A DNA stretch of 60,616 nt. Source: a virus. The translations under genes were made by a program, and so were the position numbers. The notes under the pieces were generated by a model. That model saw only the letters and a program-made list of their open reading frames with translations, was not told where the DNA came from and made no database searches. Of the stretch, positions 40,095 to 49,002 are shown in pieces (position 1 is the first letter of the stretch; the number at the start of each line of letters is the position of its first letter). The DNA lies in IMG/VR virus record IMGVR_UViG_3300033417_000008, positions 1 through 60,616 of that record; one strand, given 5' to 3'.

Positions 40095-41735
40095 ATGACG
40101 AGGCTGAAAGCGTACGGACCGCCGGGGTGTGGAAAGACGACCTGGCTAAACAGCCTTGTGCAGGTGGCAGTGCGGAACCACGGGACGTCCGTGCTCGTGG
40201 CGTCACTCACAAAAGCCGCCGCCGCTGAGCTGCGCGGGCGGGAGAGCACTCTGCCGCCCGACCGAATCGGAACACTGCACTCGCACTGCTACCGCGCACT
40301 CGGCGGGAGCGAGATGGCCCAGAACCATATCGCCGACTGGAACGAGTCGCATCCGCCCGAGATGCTGATGACTCCACAGAAAGGGCGCGCTCGGTCGGTC
40401 ACGGGCGAGGACGATTCAGCCGATGACGGCGATTCGTTCGGTGGCGATGCGCCTGGCGATCTGTTGCTCCAGTCCTACGAGCTCGCGCGGCAGCGGATGC
40501 TCCCGCGCGGAGCGTGGTCGAACCAGCTCCAAGGATTCGCGGCGAAGTGGGAGGCGTGGAAGTCCGACATCGATGCGATGGACTTTACAGACTTGATCGA
40601 GCGGGCCTACCACGAGTGCGACACGCCCGCTGGCGCACCGCGCGCAGCCATCTTCGACGAGGTGCAGGACTTCAGCCGCCTAGAGCTCGCGCTTGTGAAC
40701 CGATGGGGCCCGAGCTTCGACTCGCTGGCGCTCGCCGGAGACCCTGACCAGGCGATCTACACATGGCGTGGCGCCGACCCCGAGGCGTTCATTGACTTCG
40801 CGGCCGACCATGAGCGTGTGCTTTCACAGTCCTACCGGATCCCCGCATCGGTCCACCGGCTCTCTCAGCGATGGGTCTCTCGGCTCAGCAGGCGAGCGGA
40901 TCAGCCGTTTCTCCCACGCGATGCCGCGGGCTCGGTCCGTGTCCGCCCGTGGTCATACACCTCGGGCGTCGAGTACCTGCTTGAGGATGCGGAGCGGCAC
41001 TGTGCCGACGGCAAAAGCGTAATGATCGTGGCCTCATGCCGGTATCAGCTCCTGCCGCTCATTGCCGAGGCTCGGCACCGCGGAATCCCATTTGCCAATC
41101 CGTACCGTCTCCAGGATCGGCAGTGGAACCCGCTCACGACCACACGCGGCACCTCGGCCTCCACACGGCTGCTCACCTACCTGCGGCCGGACCCGGCTGT
41201 ATGGGGCGCTGATCACCGGATCTGGACCGGCAAGGAGCTGGAAACCTGGACCAAGCCGCTCTCTGCCGGCGTGTTCGGTTCGCGGAAGGCCGTCGCCGCG
41301 CTGGACGAGGAGACGCCGGTCATGCTCGACTGGCTCAGCGAGCACGTCAACCCTGACAGACGCGGTCTGCTGGACGATCTGTCGCCGGACTCCTACGCTC
41401 GCGCCATTCTGCCCTCGCAGTACGACCCATTCATGTTCCCGCTCGCGGTCGCTGAGCACCGAGGCGCCGCGGCACTCCATGAGAAGCCGCGCCTGTGGAT
41501 TGGGACGATTCACAGTTTCAAGGGCGGCGAGGCCGATGTGGTCTACGTAATCCCAGACCTGTCCCCTCGTGGCTGGGAGTCGCTCCAGACCGATCCGGAC
41601 TCCGTCACGCGGTTGTTCTACGTGTCGATCACCCGCTGCCGAGAGGAGCTTATCCTGCTCAACCCGAGCCCACGGTCCGGCCAGCGCTACGTGGCCCCGC
41701 TGCTGCGCATGGCACAACAGGAGATCGCGGCGTGA
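40095..41735 (+). CDS. UvrD/Rep-like superfamily 1 helicase
   Basis: 'GPPGCGKTT', 'IFDEVQDFS', 'LAGDPDQAIYTWRGA', 'IGTIHSFKGGEADVVYV', 'LFYVSITRCREEL'; ORF track start 40020 lies in the AT-rich region. Confidence 0.85.
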   Translation: MTRLKAYGPPGCGKTTWLNSLVQVAVRNHGTSVLVASLTKAAAAELRGRESTLPPDRIGTLHSHCYRALGGSEMAQNHIADWNESHPPEMLMTPQKGRARSVTGEDDSADDGDSFGGDAPGDLLLQSYELARQRMLPRGAWSNQLQGFAAKWEAWKSDIDAMDFTDLIERAYHECDTPAGAPRAAIFDEVQDFSRLELALVNRWGPSFDSLALAGDPDQAIYTWRGADPEAFIDFAADHERVLSQSYRIPASVHRLSQRWVSRLSRRADQPFLPRDAAGSVRVRPWSYTSGVEYLLEDAERHCADGKSVMIVASCRYQLLPLIAEARHRGIPFANPYRLQDRQWNPLTTTRGTSASTRLLTYLRPDPAVWGADHRIWTGKELETWTKPLSAGVFGSRKAVAALDEETPVMLDWLSEHVNPDRRGLLDDLSPDSYARAILPSQYDPFMFPLAVAEHRGAAALHEKPRLWIGTIHSFKGGEADVVYVIPDLSPRGWESLQTDPDSVTRLFYVSITRCREELILLNPSPRSGQRYVAPLLRMAQQEIAA

Positions 41736-42325
41736 ATCACATCATGATCGATCTGGAAACTATGGGAAACGGGTCTGCCGCCGCGATCGTGTCGATAGGG
41801 GCAGTTGCGTTCGACCTGGAAGGCGAGCCGCCCGCAGTTGAGAGCGGCCTGCTGATCAACGTGGACCTTGCGTCATCGATGGCGAAGGGGCTGCGGGCGG
41901 ACGCGTCCACGATCATGTGGTGGCTGCGCCAGAGCCAGGAGGCCCGCGACGCGCTCCTGAGCCCGCCACCCGTGCAGATCTGGGACGCGCTCAGTAATCT
42001 ATCCTCGTTTATTCGCGCTCAGGGGCCGAGTCCTCGCATCTGGGCTCACGCGACCTTCGATCTGCCGATTCTGAGCAGTGCGTACCGTGCGGTCGGGCTC
42101 CGCCAACCGTGGCAGTACACGCACAGCCGCGACGTGCGCACGATCTACGAGCTGGCCTACGGATCAGAGCAGGTACCAGGAATCCCAACTGATCAGAAAC
42201 ACAACGCGCTCTACGACGCGTGGCGTCAGGCAATCGGTGTCCAGACCTGCTGGCGGCGACTCCACCCAGCTGCGTTCCCAGGCGCACCGGAAGCCACGGA
42301 GCCGCATGCTGAGGCTCGGGAGTGA
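41732..42325 (+). CDS. DEDDh 3'-5' exonuclease
   Basis: 'IMIDLETMG', 'HATFDLPIL', 'HNALYDA'; GTGA overlap. Confidence 0.75.
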   Translation: MNHIMIDLETMGNGSAAAIVSIGAVAFDLEGEPPAVESGLLINVDLASSMAKGLRADASTIMWWLRQSQEARDALLSPPPVQIWDALSNLSSFIRAQGPSPRIWAHATFDLPILSSAYRAVGLRQPWQYTHSRDVRTIYELAYGSEQVPGIPTDQKHNALYDAWRQAIGVQTCWRRLHPAAFPGAPEATEPHAEARE

Positions 42326-42612
42326 CCACACGGGAATCCTCGCGATCTACGGCGATCCTGGCGCGGCTGAACGCCATTCTGGGATGCCACGCGGAGAAGG
42401 TCTGGACCGGTGGCCCATTCGGCCGTGTCGGGGCGCCGGATATCACGGGCTGCTACTTCGGCCATCGGTTCGAGCTGGAGGTAAAAGTGGAAGGGAAGAA
42501 GGCCCGCAAAGTCCAGGCTGCACGGCTGCGGACGTGGGCGGATGCAGGCGCAGCGGTGGCCGTAGTCACATCGGCCGACGAAGCGGAGGAGGTGGTTCGT
42601 GGAATCCATTAG
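42322..42612 (+). CDS. VRR-NUC / PD-(D/E)xK nuclease
   Basis: 'GAPDITG..HRFELEVKVEGKKARKVQAARL..AGAAVAVVTSADEA'. Confidence 0.65.
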   Translation: MTTRESSRSTAILARLNAILGCHAEKVWTGGPFGRVGAPDITGCYFGHRFELEVKVEGKKARKVQAARLRTWADAGAAVAVVTSADEAEEVVRGIH

Positions 42613-42862
42613 GACGCCGAGCGGGTTGTCCGCCCGTGATCATCGAAACCTGACGAGTATCGAGTCAGCTGCCCGCGAGGTGCTCTTCCAGTGCCGGACC
42701 CTACGCGAGCACACGCGCAACTCAGCCGATGATCGTGTTCGGTTTCTGCTGATCTCATGGGCGGCCGAGCGTGCGGCTCACGAGGCCGCCATCGCCAAGC
42801 GACGTTATCTCCGCGACTGGGAAGCAAAAGGCAAGGAGGAGCTCCGTGCCATCCGTCTTTGA
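42599..42862 (+). CDS. hypothetical protein
   Basis: 87 aa ORF-track ORF. Confidence 0.45.
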   Translation: MESIRTPSGLSARDHRNLTSIESAAREVLFQCRTLREHTRNSADDRVRFLLISWAAERAAHEAAIAKRRYLRDWEAKGKEELRAIRL

Positions 42863-43142
42863 CCTAGCCTCGGGCCACAAAACTATCGACTGCCCACGCG
42901 AGATGCCGGGATACGAGGACTGGCGTCACGATCTGCCCTCGCCCGTGTGGGCCCAGATCGGGCGGGACTGCTATGCCTCGAACCAGGGCCACGTCGTGAT
43001 CTGGTCGGTACACAGCAGCAGCGGCCAGGGCACGCTCTACTGGGGTGCCGAGGCTGCCGAGATTCGACAACGGTTCGCCCAAAGTGCGCACACTCGTGGT
43101 ACTTCGGACGTGCCAGGGGAGACCGCGACAGGCGATACTTAG
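42846..43142 (+). CDS. hypothetical protein
   Basis: GTG start chosen within ORF 42771..43142; start uncertain. Confidence 0.4.
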   Translation: MPSVFDLASGHKTIDCPREMPGYEDWRHDLPSPVWAQIGRDCYASNQGHVVIWSVHSSSGQGTLYWGAEAAEIRQRFAQSAHTRGTSDVPGETATGDT

Positions 43143-43156
43143 GGCGGAGGTGCTTT

Positions 43157-43285
43157 ATGGAAAAGCTCACTGTTCTGGGCTGGCGGTGTCTCAGGTGCGG
43201 GCACACCTGGAGACCGCGCCAGACCGAGCGGCCGCGCGTCTGTCCGCTGTGTAAGTCGGCCTACTGGGATCGGGAGAGGAGATGA
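43157..43285 (+). CDS. 42-aa zinc-ribbon protein ('CLRCGxTW..CxxCKSxxWD' family)
   Basis: 'MEKLTVLGWRCLRCGHTWRPRQTERPRVCPLCKSAYWDRERR'. Confidence 0.45.
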   Translation: MEKLTVLGWRCLRCGHTWRPRQTERPRVCPLCKSAYWDRERR

Positions 43286-43626
43286 TGGCAGCAGCAAAAC
43301 TCGCAAACCCGAGCAAGACCATCGGGGAGTACATCCGCTCCGAGATTGCGAAGGCGGCGGCTTCGCGTGAACCGGTCAGCCTGGCGGGGCTGGTCGAAGA
43401 CACGGTCGCCCACTTCAGGGCGCAGCCGAAATTTCTCGAAGCCTACTTCGCGCGCAACGGGCCCTCGCTCATCCACGAGATGGCGCGAAACATACGACCA
43501 CGCATGTGTCACTTCTGGAGCGCTCTACTCAGGCTTAAACAAGCGGACTGCCGCCTTATACTTTGCCTATTGTGTCCACACTACGTTGTTCTGAGGACAT
43601 GGGGGTACAATCCTCGGCATGACTGA
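43282..43626 (+). CDS. hypothetical protein (3' third runs through an AT-rich stretch; true end doubtful)
   Basis: 114 aa; ATGA overlap. Confidence 0.4.
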   Translation: MMAAAKLANPSKTIGEYIRSEIAKAAASREPVSLAGLVEDTVAHFRAQPKFLEAYFARNGPSLIHEMARNIRPRMCHFWSALLRLKQADCRLILCLLCPHYVVLRTWGYNPRHD

Positions 43627-45397
43627 AAAGGCGTCACAAACAAAAGAGGGCACCTGGCGGAACCGAATCGTCGGCTATGGTGAAGAGGACCCGGGTATGC
43701 TCGTGGCGAATCCGAAGAATTGGCGCGTCCATCCGAAGGTGCAGCAGGACGCTCTCAACGGCGTCCTGCGCGATGTGGGGGTGGTCCAGAACATCATCGT
43801 CAACCGGACCACCGGACACGTGGTAGACGGCCATCTCCGAGTGGCTTTGGCGATCCGTGAGAAGCATCCCTCGATTCCAGTGACCTACCTCGAGTTGAGC
43901 GAGGCCGAAGAGGCAGAGGTCCTCGCCACGCTGGACCCGCTCTCAGCGATGGCCGCAACGGACAAGGATCAACTCGACGCGCTGTTGCGTGACGTGAGCA
44001 CAGCGGATGCCAACGTGATGTCGATGCTGGCTTCTCTTGGGGAGAGGAAGTCACTTGATCGCTCAGTTCTCCTGAGCGATATCTTCGAGTTAGTCGTGGC
44101 ATGCAGTGATGAGGACGACCTGCACATGCAGTTTTCAAGGATGACCGAAGAAGGACGCTCATGCCGGACACTTATGCTAGCGAAGTCCAAGAGGCCCATC
44201 GAGCATGGGCGTAGCGCGGACATGGACCTGCCCGGTCATGTAGAGATCATCAGGCGGTCAGATGTACCGGAGTCATGGCGGACCGCGCGTGTGAAGGGTT
44301 TATTCGACCTCCCTTCAGCAACAAGTCGTGAATTTCGATTATCCATGGATCTGGACCTATCCGGAAGTGACTGGGGGATCGGTGTGATAACTGGCGCATC
44401 TGGCTCCGGGAAGAGCCAGCTCGCGAGAGAGCTTTACGGAAACGTCATAGAGCCAGAGTCTATGCGGTGGTCCGCATCGAGCATCCTTGACGATTTCCGA
44501 GAAGACCTGAGCGTGGATGAGATCACGAGTGCATTAACCGCTGTTGGGTTTTCATCGACGCCGAACTGGTTATGTCCCTATTCTGTTCTCTCCTTAGGAG
44601 AGCGGTTTCGGGTTGTTGTCGCACGTGCCCTTGTTGAGGCCGATGCGGACCACCCACTAGTTATCGATGAGTTCACAAGCGTCGTTGATCGAATCGTGGC
44701 GAAGGTATGTGCTACGGCTATAGCCAAGGCCGTGCGACTGAGGAGCCAGCGGATGGTGGCGGTGACATGTCATCGGGATGTGATCCCCTGGCTGAATCCT
44801 GATTGGGTGATCGACCTTGATACGCGGAGGTGCCTTCCTCGATCCATCGAGTCTCGACCTAGCATCATCCTACGGCTCTATCCTGCGCAGCGCGACGCGT
44901 GGGGAATGTTCCGCCATGCGCATTATCTGAGCGGCGATTTGCACAAGTCATCGCAGTGCTGGGTTGCGTCAGTGGAGTTAGATGATCGAATAGAGCGGAT
45001 GGCAGCGTTCCTAGCCTACCTTCCAGCATTGGGGATGGCAGGATGGAAACGACAGCACAGAGTAGTCGTGCTGCCGGACTTTCAGGGCATCGGGGTTGGG
45101 AGTCAATTGCAAGACATGGCGGCGGAGCGAGTATGGGAGCAGGATCATCGGCGAGTCCGTGCTACAGGATCATCACCAGCCATGATCAGCCATCGGCGAG
45201 GACATCCGGAAGCATGGAAACTGGTATCCAAGCCGCAAATCGTAAAACGCAGCTACTCTGCGCTTAACGGCCCGAGAGGAGTGCGTAATTCAGCCGGACG
45301 ACTGACCACGAGTTGGGAGTACATCCCCCAGTCGCTGCGTGAGTCGGAATCTCAATCTGACCAGGTCGACGCTGGTCAGATCCTTGTGGGGGTATAG
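43619..45397 (+). CDS. ParB-like nuclease domain + ABC-type ATPase + GNAT-like acetyltransferase fusion protein
   Basis: 'NPKNWRVHP..IIVNRTTGHVVDGHLR'; 'ITGASGSGKSQL', 'LSLGERFRVVVARAL', 'LVIDEFTSVVD'; 'HRVVVLPDFQGIGVGSQL'. Confidence 0.75.
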   Translation: MTEKASQTKEGTWRNRIVGYGEEDPGMLVANPKNWRVHPKVQQDALNGVLRDVGVVQNIIVNRTTGHVVDGHLRVALAIREKHPSIPVTYLELSEAEEAEVLATLDPLSAMAATDKDQLDALLRDVSTADANVMSMLASLGERKSLDRSVLLSDIFELVVACSDEDDLHMQFSRMTEEGRSCRTLMLAKSKRPIEHGRSADMDLPGHVEIIRRSDVPESWRTARVKGLFDLPSATSREFRLSMDLDLSGSDWGIGVITGASGSGKSQLARELYGNVIEPESMRWSASSILDDFREDLSVDEITSALTAVGFSSTPNWLCPYSVLSLGERFRVVVARALVEADADHPLVIDEFTSVVDRIVAKVCATAIAKAVRLRSQRMVAVTCHRDVIPWLNPDWVIDLDTRRCLPRSIESRPSIILRLYPAQRDAWGMFRHAHYLSGDLHKSSQCWVASVELDDRIERMAAFLAYLPALGMAGWKRQHRVVVLPDFQGIGVGSQLQDMAAERVWEQDHRRVRATGSSPAMISHRRGHPEAWKLVSKPQIVKRSYSALNGPRGVRNSAGRLTTSWEYIPQSLRESESQSDQVDAGQILVGV

Positions 45398-45616
45398 GCG
45401 CTGGAGGCTGGATTGACGATCGGCGTCCATGCTGGCAATGGAGATGATCTCGTGACTATCCACAGTCAGCAGCGCGAATGGGGGCCGCGGGCCACATTGC
45501 GCGCGGACAACTTCCCCCGGATTCGGGAGGCCGGATCGATTTGGGCGGACCGTCTCCATCTTTCTCCCCGCCAGCACATCAGCAGCCAGCGCAGCCGTGA
45601 ACCAGACCGATTTCAT
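45290..45616 (-). CDS. ASCH/PUA-like domain protein (tentative)
   Basis: 'MKSVWFTAALAADVLAGRKMETVRPNRSGLPNPGEVV..ALLTVDSHEII'; converges on and overlaps the 3' end of 43619..45397. Confidence 0.45.
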   Translation of the reverse strand: MKSVWFTAALAADVLAGRKMETVRPNRSGLPNPGEVVRAQCGPRPPFALLTVDSHEIISIASMDADRQSSLQRLYPHKDLTSVDLVRLRFRLTQRLGDVLPTRGQSSG

Positions 45617-46124
45617 CCTGGCCAAACCTCCCAGTTCAGAATTCACGCACACAGATTATACCCCAAGCGCTTGCGCGCTGGAGGGGTTTACGCCTGATCA
45701 GAAGCCAGTCCCCCGCGACCCAGCTCTCGACCCGCGGCGGAAGGCCGCAGGCGAGTGGCGGCCGGCCTTCCTCGCGACACTGAAGGGGTCGGCGAATGTA
45801 CGACTCTCGTGCCAGGCGGCTGGGATCGGCCGTCAGATGGCCTATCGATGGCGCGACCGCTCGCCGACATTCCGCCGCGAGTGGGACATCGCTATCGAAG
45901 AGGCGGTCGATACGCTGGAAGCGGCTGCCAGAGCTCGCGCCCTCGCGGGCGACTCGGTGCTCCTCATCTTCCTCCTCAAAGCGCATCGACCTGACATCTA
46001 CCGCGAAACCGTCCGCCACGAGCTGTGGATTCAGCGCGAGGCGGCCAAGCTCGCCGAGGCACACGCCACAACACCCGAGCGGGTGATCCTGCTCGCCGAG
46101 CGGCTGAAGGAGAAGACCGTGTGA
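45597..46124 (+). CDS. terS: terminase small subunit (start uncertain)
   Basis: 'NVRLSCQAAGIGRQMAYRWRDRSPTFRREWDIAIEEAVDTLE..LLIFLLKAHRPDIYRE' HTH pattern; GTGA-coupled to terL. Confidence 0.65.
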   Translation: MNQTDFILAKPPSSEFTHTDYTPSACALEGFTPDQKPVPRDPALDPRRKAAGEWRPAFLATLKGSANVRLSCQAAGIGRQMAYRWRDRSPTFRREWDIAIEEAVDTLEAAARARALAGDSVLLIFLLKAHRPDIYRETVRHELWIQREAAKLAEAHATTPERVILLAERLKEKTV

Positions 46125-47677
46125 CCACGAAGGGGCTCTCTGCACCTGAGTTCCTGGCCTACGTGCCGACCATCGAGGCGCTGCTCGCGCGTGGCTATAC
46201 CGTCGATGAGCTGATCGAAATCCTCGACCAGGCTCCATCGGTCCCCGACACGCCCCCCGAGCACTGGGCCGACTGGCTCCGCGCCTACTTCCCGACCTAC
46301 ACGACCCACGCCTTCGGGCGGCACCACGTCGAGTTGTGGGAGTGGGCCTGGGCCATTCGCTCAGGGGAGCGGCCCCGCCCATTCGTGGCGATTTGGCCGC
46401 GCGGAGGGGCAAAATCGACGTCCGCAGAAATGGCGGTCTGTGCGCTCGGTGCCCGAGTGGCTCGCCGCTACACCCTCTACATTTGCCGCACCCAGGAGCA
46501 GGCTGACGACCACGTGGGCAACGTGGCGAGCCTGCTGGAGTCCGAGCGATTCGGCGCGGCGTACCCGCAAATCACGGAGCGGATGCTCGGTAAGTACGGC
46601 AACTCGCGAGGTTGGCGGCGCAACCGACTGCGCACGTCCACGGGCTTCACGGTGGACGCCATCGGCCTCGACACGGCGGCCCGAGGGGTGAAGCTCGAGG
46701 AACAGCGGCCAGACCTGATCGTGTTAGACGACCTCGACGACCCGCTCGATTCGCCCGCGACCGTCGAGCGGAACATCATCGTGCTGACCCGCTCGCTTCT
46801 TCCCGCGGGAACCGATGACGTGGCGGTTCTCGGCGTTCAGAACCTCGTGCGCGAGGACGGCATCTTCGCCCGCCTGGCCGACGACCGAGCCGACTTCCTC
46901 GCAGACCGCATCGTGTCGGGCCCACTTCCCGCGCTTCTGAACGAGGCTCACGAGGTTATCGATGGCCGCACGGTACTGGTCGCGGGTGATCCAGTATGGG
47001 AGGGGCAGAACCTCGAAGCCTGTCAGCGGATCGTGGAGCGGGACGGCATCAGCTCGTTCCTCATTGAATCGCAGCATGAGGTGGACCAGTTCCGGGGCGG
47101 CACATTCGCCGACATCGAGTTTCGCCATTGCGAGTGGGCCGAGGTCCCGGACCTGGTACGTGTCGCGGTATGGTGCGACCCAGCTGTGACCGACAAGGAC
47201 AGCTCCGATGCCAACGGCATACAGGCCGATGGGCTCGGCCGTGACGGCAAGCTCTATCGGCTGTTCTCGTGGGAGCGGCGAGCGAGCCCCGAGGTAACGC
47301 TCAGGACGGCGATTCTGAAGGCTGTCGAGCTCAAGGGCGATCACGTTGGGATCGAGACAGACCAGGGGGGCGACGTGTGGAGGCCGGCGTACGATAAGAT
47401 TTGGGCTGATCTGGTAGCCTCAGGGGAGATACCCGAGGGGACCCGGAAGATATCGATGCGGCAGGAGAAGGCGGGTGCAGGTTTCGGGCCGAAGGCGCAC
47501 CGTGGTCAGCAAATGCTTCCGGACTACGAGCGTGGCCAGATCGTCCACGTGATTGGCACCCACGCGCTCCTTGAGCGCTCGCTTCGGCGCTTCCCGTTAC
47601 GGAAGCCTTTTGACCTAGTCGATGCGTGCTTCTGGTCGCACCACGCGCTCCGTCGGCCAGGCTGGATGGCATATTGA
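46121..47677 (+). CDS. terL: terminase large subunit
   Basis: Walker A 'WPRGGAKST', Walker B 'DLIVLDDLDD', C-terminal nuclease-sized half; ORF track start 46025. Confidence 0.9.
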   Translation: MTTKGLSAPEFLAYVPTIEALLARGYTVDELIEILDQAPSVPDTPPEHWADWLRAYFPTYTTHAFGRHHVELWEWAWAIRSGERPRPFVAIWPRGGAKSTSAEMAVCALGARVARRYTLYICRTQEQADDHVGNVASLLESERFGAAYPQITERMLGKYGNSRGWRRNRLRTSTGFTVDAIGLDTAARGVKLEEQRPDLIVLDDLDDPLDSPATVERNIIVLTRSLLPAGTDDVAVLGVQNLVREDGIFARLADDRADFLADRIVSGPLPALLNEAHEVIDGRTVLVAGDPVWEGQNLEACQRIVERDGISSFLIESQHEVDQFRGGTFADIEFRHCEWAEVPDLVRVAVWCDPAVTDKDSSDANGIQADGLGRDGKLYRLFSWERRASPEVTLRTAILKAVELKGDHVGIETDQGGDVWRPAYDKIWADLVASGEIPEGTRKISMRQEKAGAGFGPKAHRGQQMLPDYERGQIVHVIGTHALLERSLRRFPLRKPFDLVDACFWSHHALRRPGWMAY

Positions 47678-49002
47678 TCCCCGCATTCCTCGCCCGCACC
47701 GGATCAGCGCTCAAACAGCTGACGCGCATGGTGTTCAGCCGGGGGCGCACATGGGCGGTTTCCTGGCTGGCGGGGACAACGGTCCACTACGAGCGAGAGA
47801 TCAACCCGTACACCAACGCCATCGTCATGTCAGTGGTCAACTGGGTGGCGAGGACATTCCCCGAGGCGCCGCTAAGGGTGCTTCGCCGTAGCGATGAGCA
47901 CATGGAGCCGGTGGCCGACCATCCGATGATCGCGCTGCTGCGCCGTCCGAACCCGTACTACTCGGGCATCGTGCTCTGGATGGCCACGATAGCTTCGTGG
48001 ATGATCACCGGCAATGCCTACTGGCTTAAGATTCGTGCCAGCGCGGGCAACGTGGTAGAGCTATGGTGGGTTCCGCCCTCGATGATGGAGCCTGCCTGGC
48101 CGCCCGATGGCACCCAGTTCATCAGCCACTACGACTATCGCCCCGATGGACGGGCCATACCGATCCGCGTGAACATCGCTGACGTCGTTCATCTACGCTA
48201 CGGTATCGATCCCGACAACCCGCGCAAGGGCCTATCCCCGCTTGCCGCTGTGGTGCGGGAGATTTACACCGACGACGAAGGCGCAAACTTCTCGGCGTCG
48301 CTCCTTCGGCACGTCGGGGTCCCTGGGGTCATTATCACGCCGGATGACGAGGGCAACCCGATCCAGCGCGAAGAAGCGGATCAGATGAAACAGGAATTCG
48401 CCACGAAGTTCACAGCGGACCGGCGCGGCGAGCCGATGATCCTGTCGAACAAGACGAAGGTGCAGGTTTTGTCGTTCTCGCCTGAGCAGATGAGTCTCAG
48501 AGACATGCGCCAGGTGCCAGAAGAGCGCATAACGGCGGTGTTTGGTGTTCCGGCCATTGTCGTTGGGCTCGGAGCGGGTTTGGCCCGTAGCACGTTCGCA
48601 AACTTCGCTGAAAGTCGCGAAGCTGCCTATGAGGGGTGTATCATCCCGACACAAAGGTTGTTTTCCGAGGACCTGAGAGTGCAGCTTTTGGCCGACTTCG
48701 CTGATATCAAGCAGCACGATATCGACTTCGATCTGTCGAAGGTACGGGTGCTCCAGGAAGATCAGAACAAGATGGTAGATCGACTGACGCGTTCGCTATT
48801 GGCTGGTGGATTGCAGCTCAACAGCTACCTGCGTCAGATCGGAGAAGAGGAGCTCGGGCCTGGTGGAGAGATTTTCTACGTGCCGTCGAACGTGCTGCCG
48901 ACGCCTGCGAGCGAGATAGCGATGCTCACACGCCCCGTAGACACCGCGCCCGAAGGGCCCGTGCCGACGAATGGGACGACGAACGGAGTGGTTGCGGCGT
49001 GA
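47674..49002 (+). CDS. portal protein (HK97-type)
   Basis: 'ALLRRPNPYYSG..WMITGNAYWLKIR..VVELWWVPPSMMEP'; TTGA overlap start (alternatives ATG 47626 / 47728). Confidence 0.85.
   Translation: MIPAFLARTGSALKQLTRMVFSRGRTWAVSWLAGTTVHYEREINPYTNAIVMSVVNWVARTFPEAPLRVLRRSDEHMEPVADHPMIALLRRPNPYYSGIVLWMATIASWMITGNAYWLKIRASAGNVVELWWVPPSMMEPAWPPDGTQFISHYDYRPDGRAIPIRVNIADVVHLRYGIDPDNPRKGLSPLAAVVREIYTDDEGANFSASLLRHVGVPGVIITPDDEGNPIQREEADQMKQEFATKFTADRRGEPMILSNKTKVQVLSFSPEQMSLRDMRQVPEERITAVFGVPAIVVGLGAGLARSTFANFAESREAAYEGCIIPTQRLFSEDLRVQLLADFADIKQHDIDFDLSKVRVLQEDQNKMVDRLTRSLLAGGLQLNSYLRQIGEEELGPGGEIFYVPSNVLPTPASEIAMLTRPVDTAPEGPVPTNGTTNGVVAA

Noticed and set aside
43540-43618. Possible late promoter upstream of the ParB-fusion gene (TTAAAC-N15-TTATAC; TACAAT near the ATG)
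   Set aside because: Spacings of 14-15 nt are poor and the region is still inside an open frame. It is not convincing enough to annotate.
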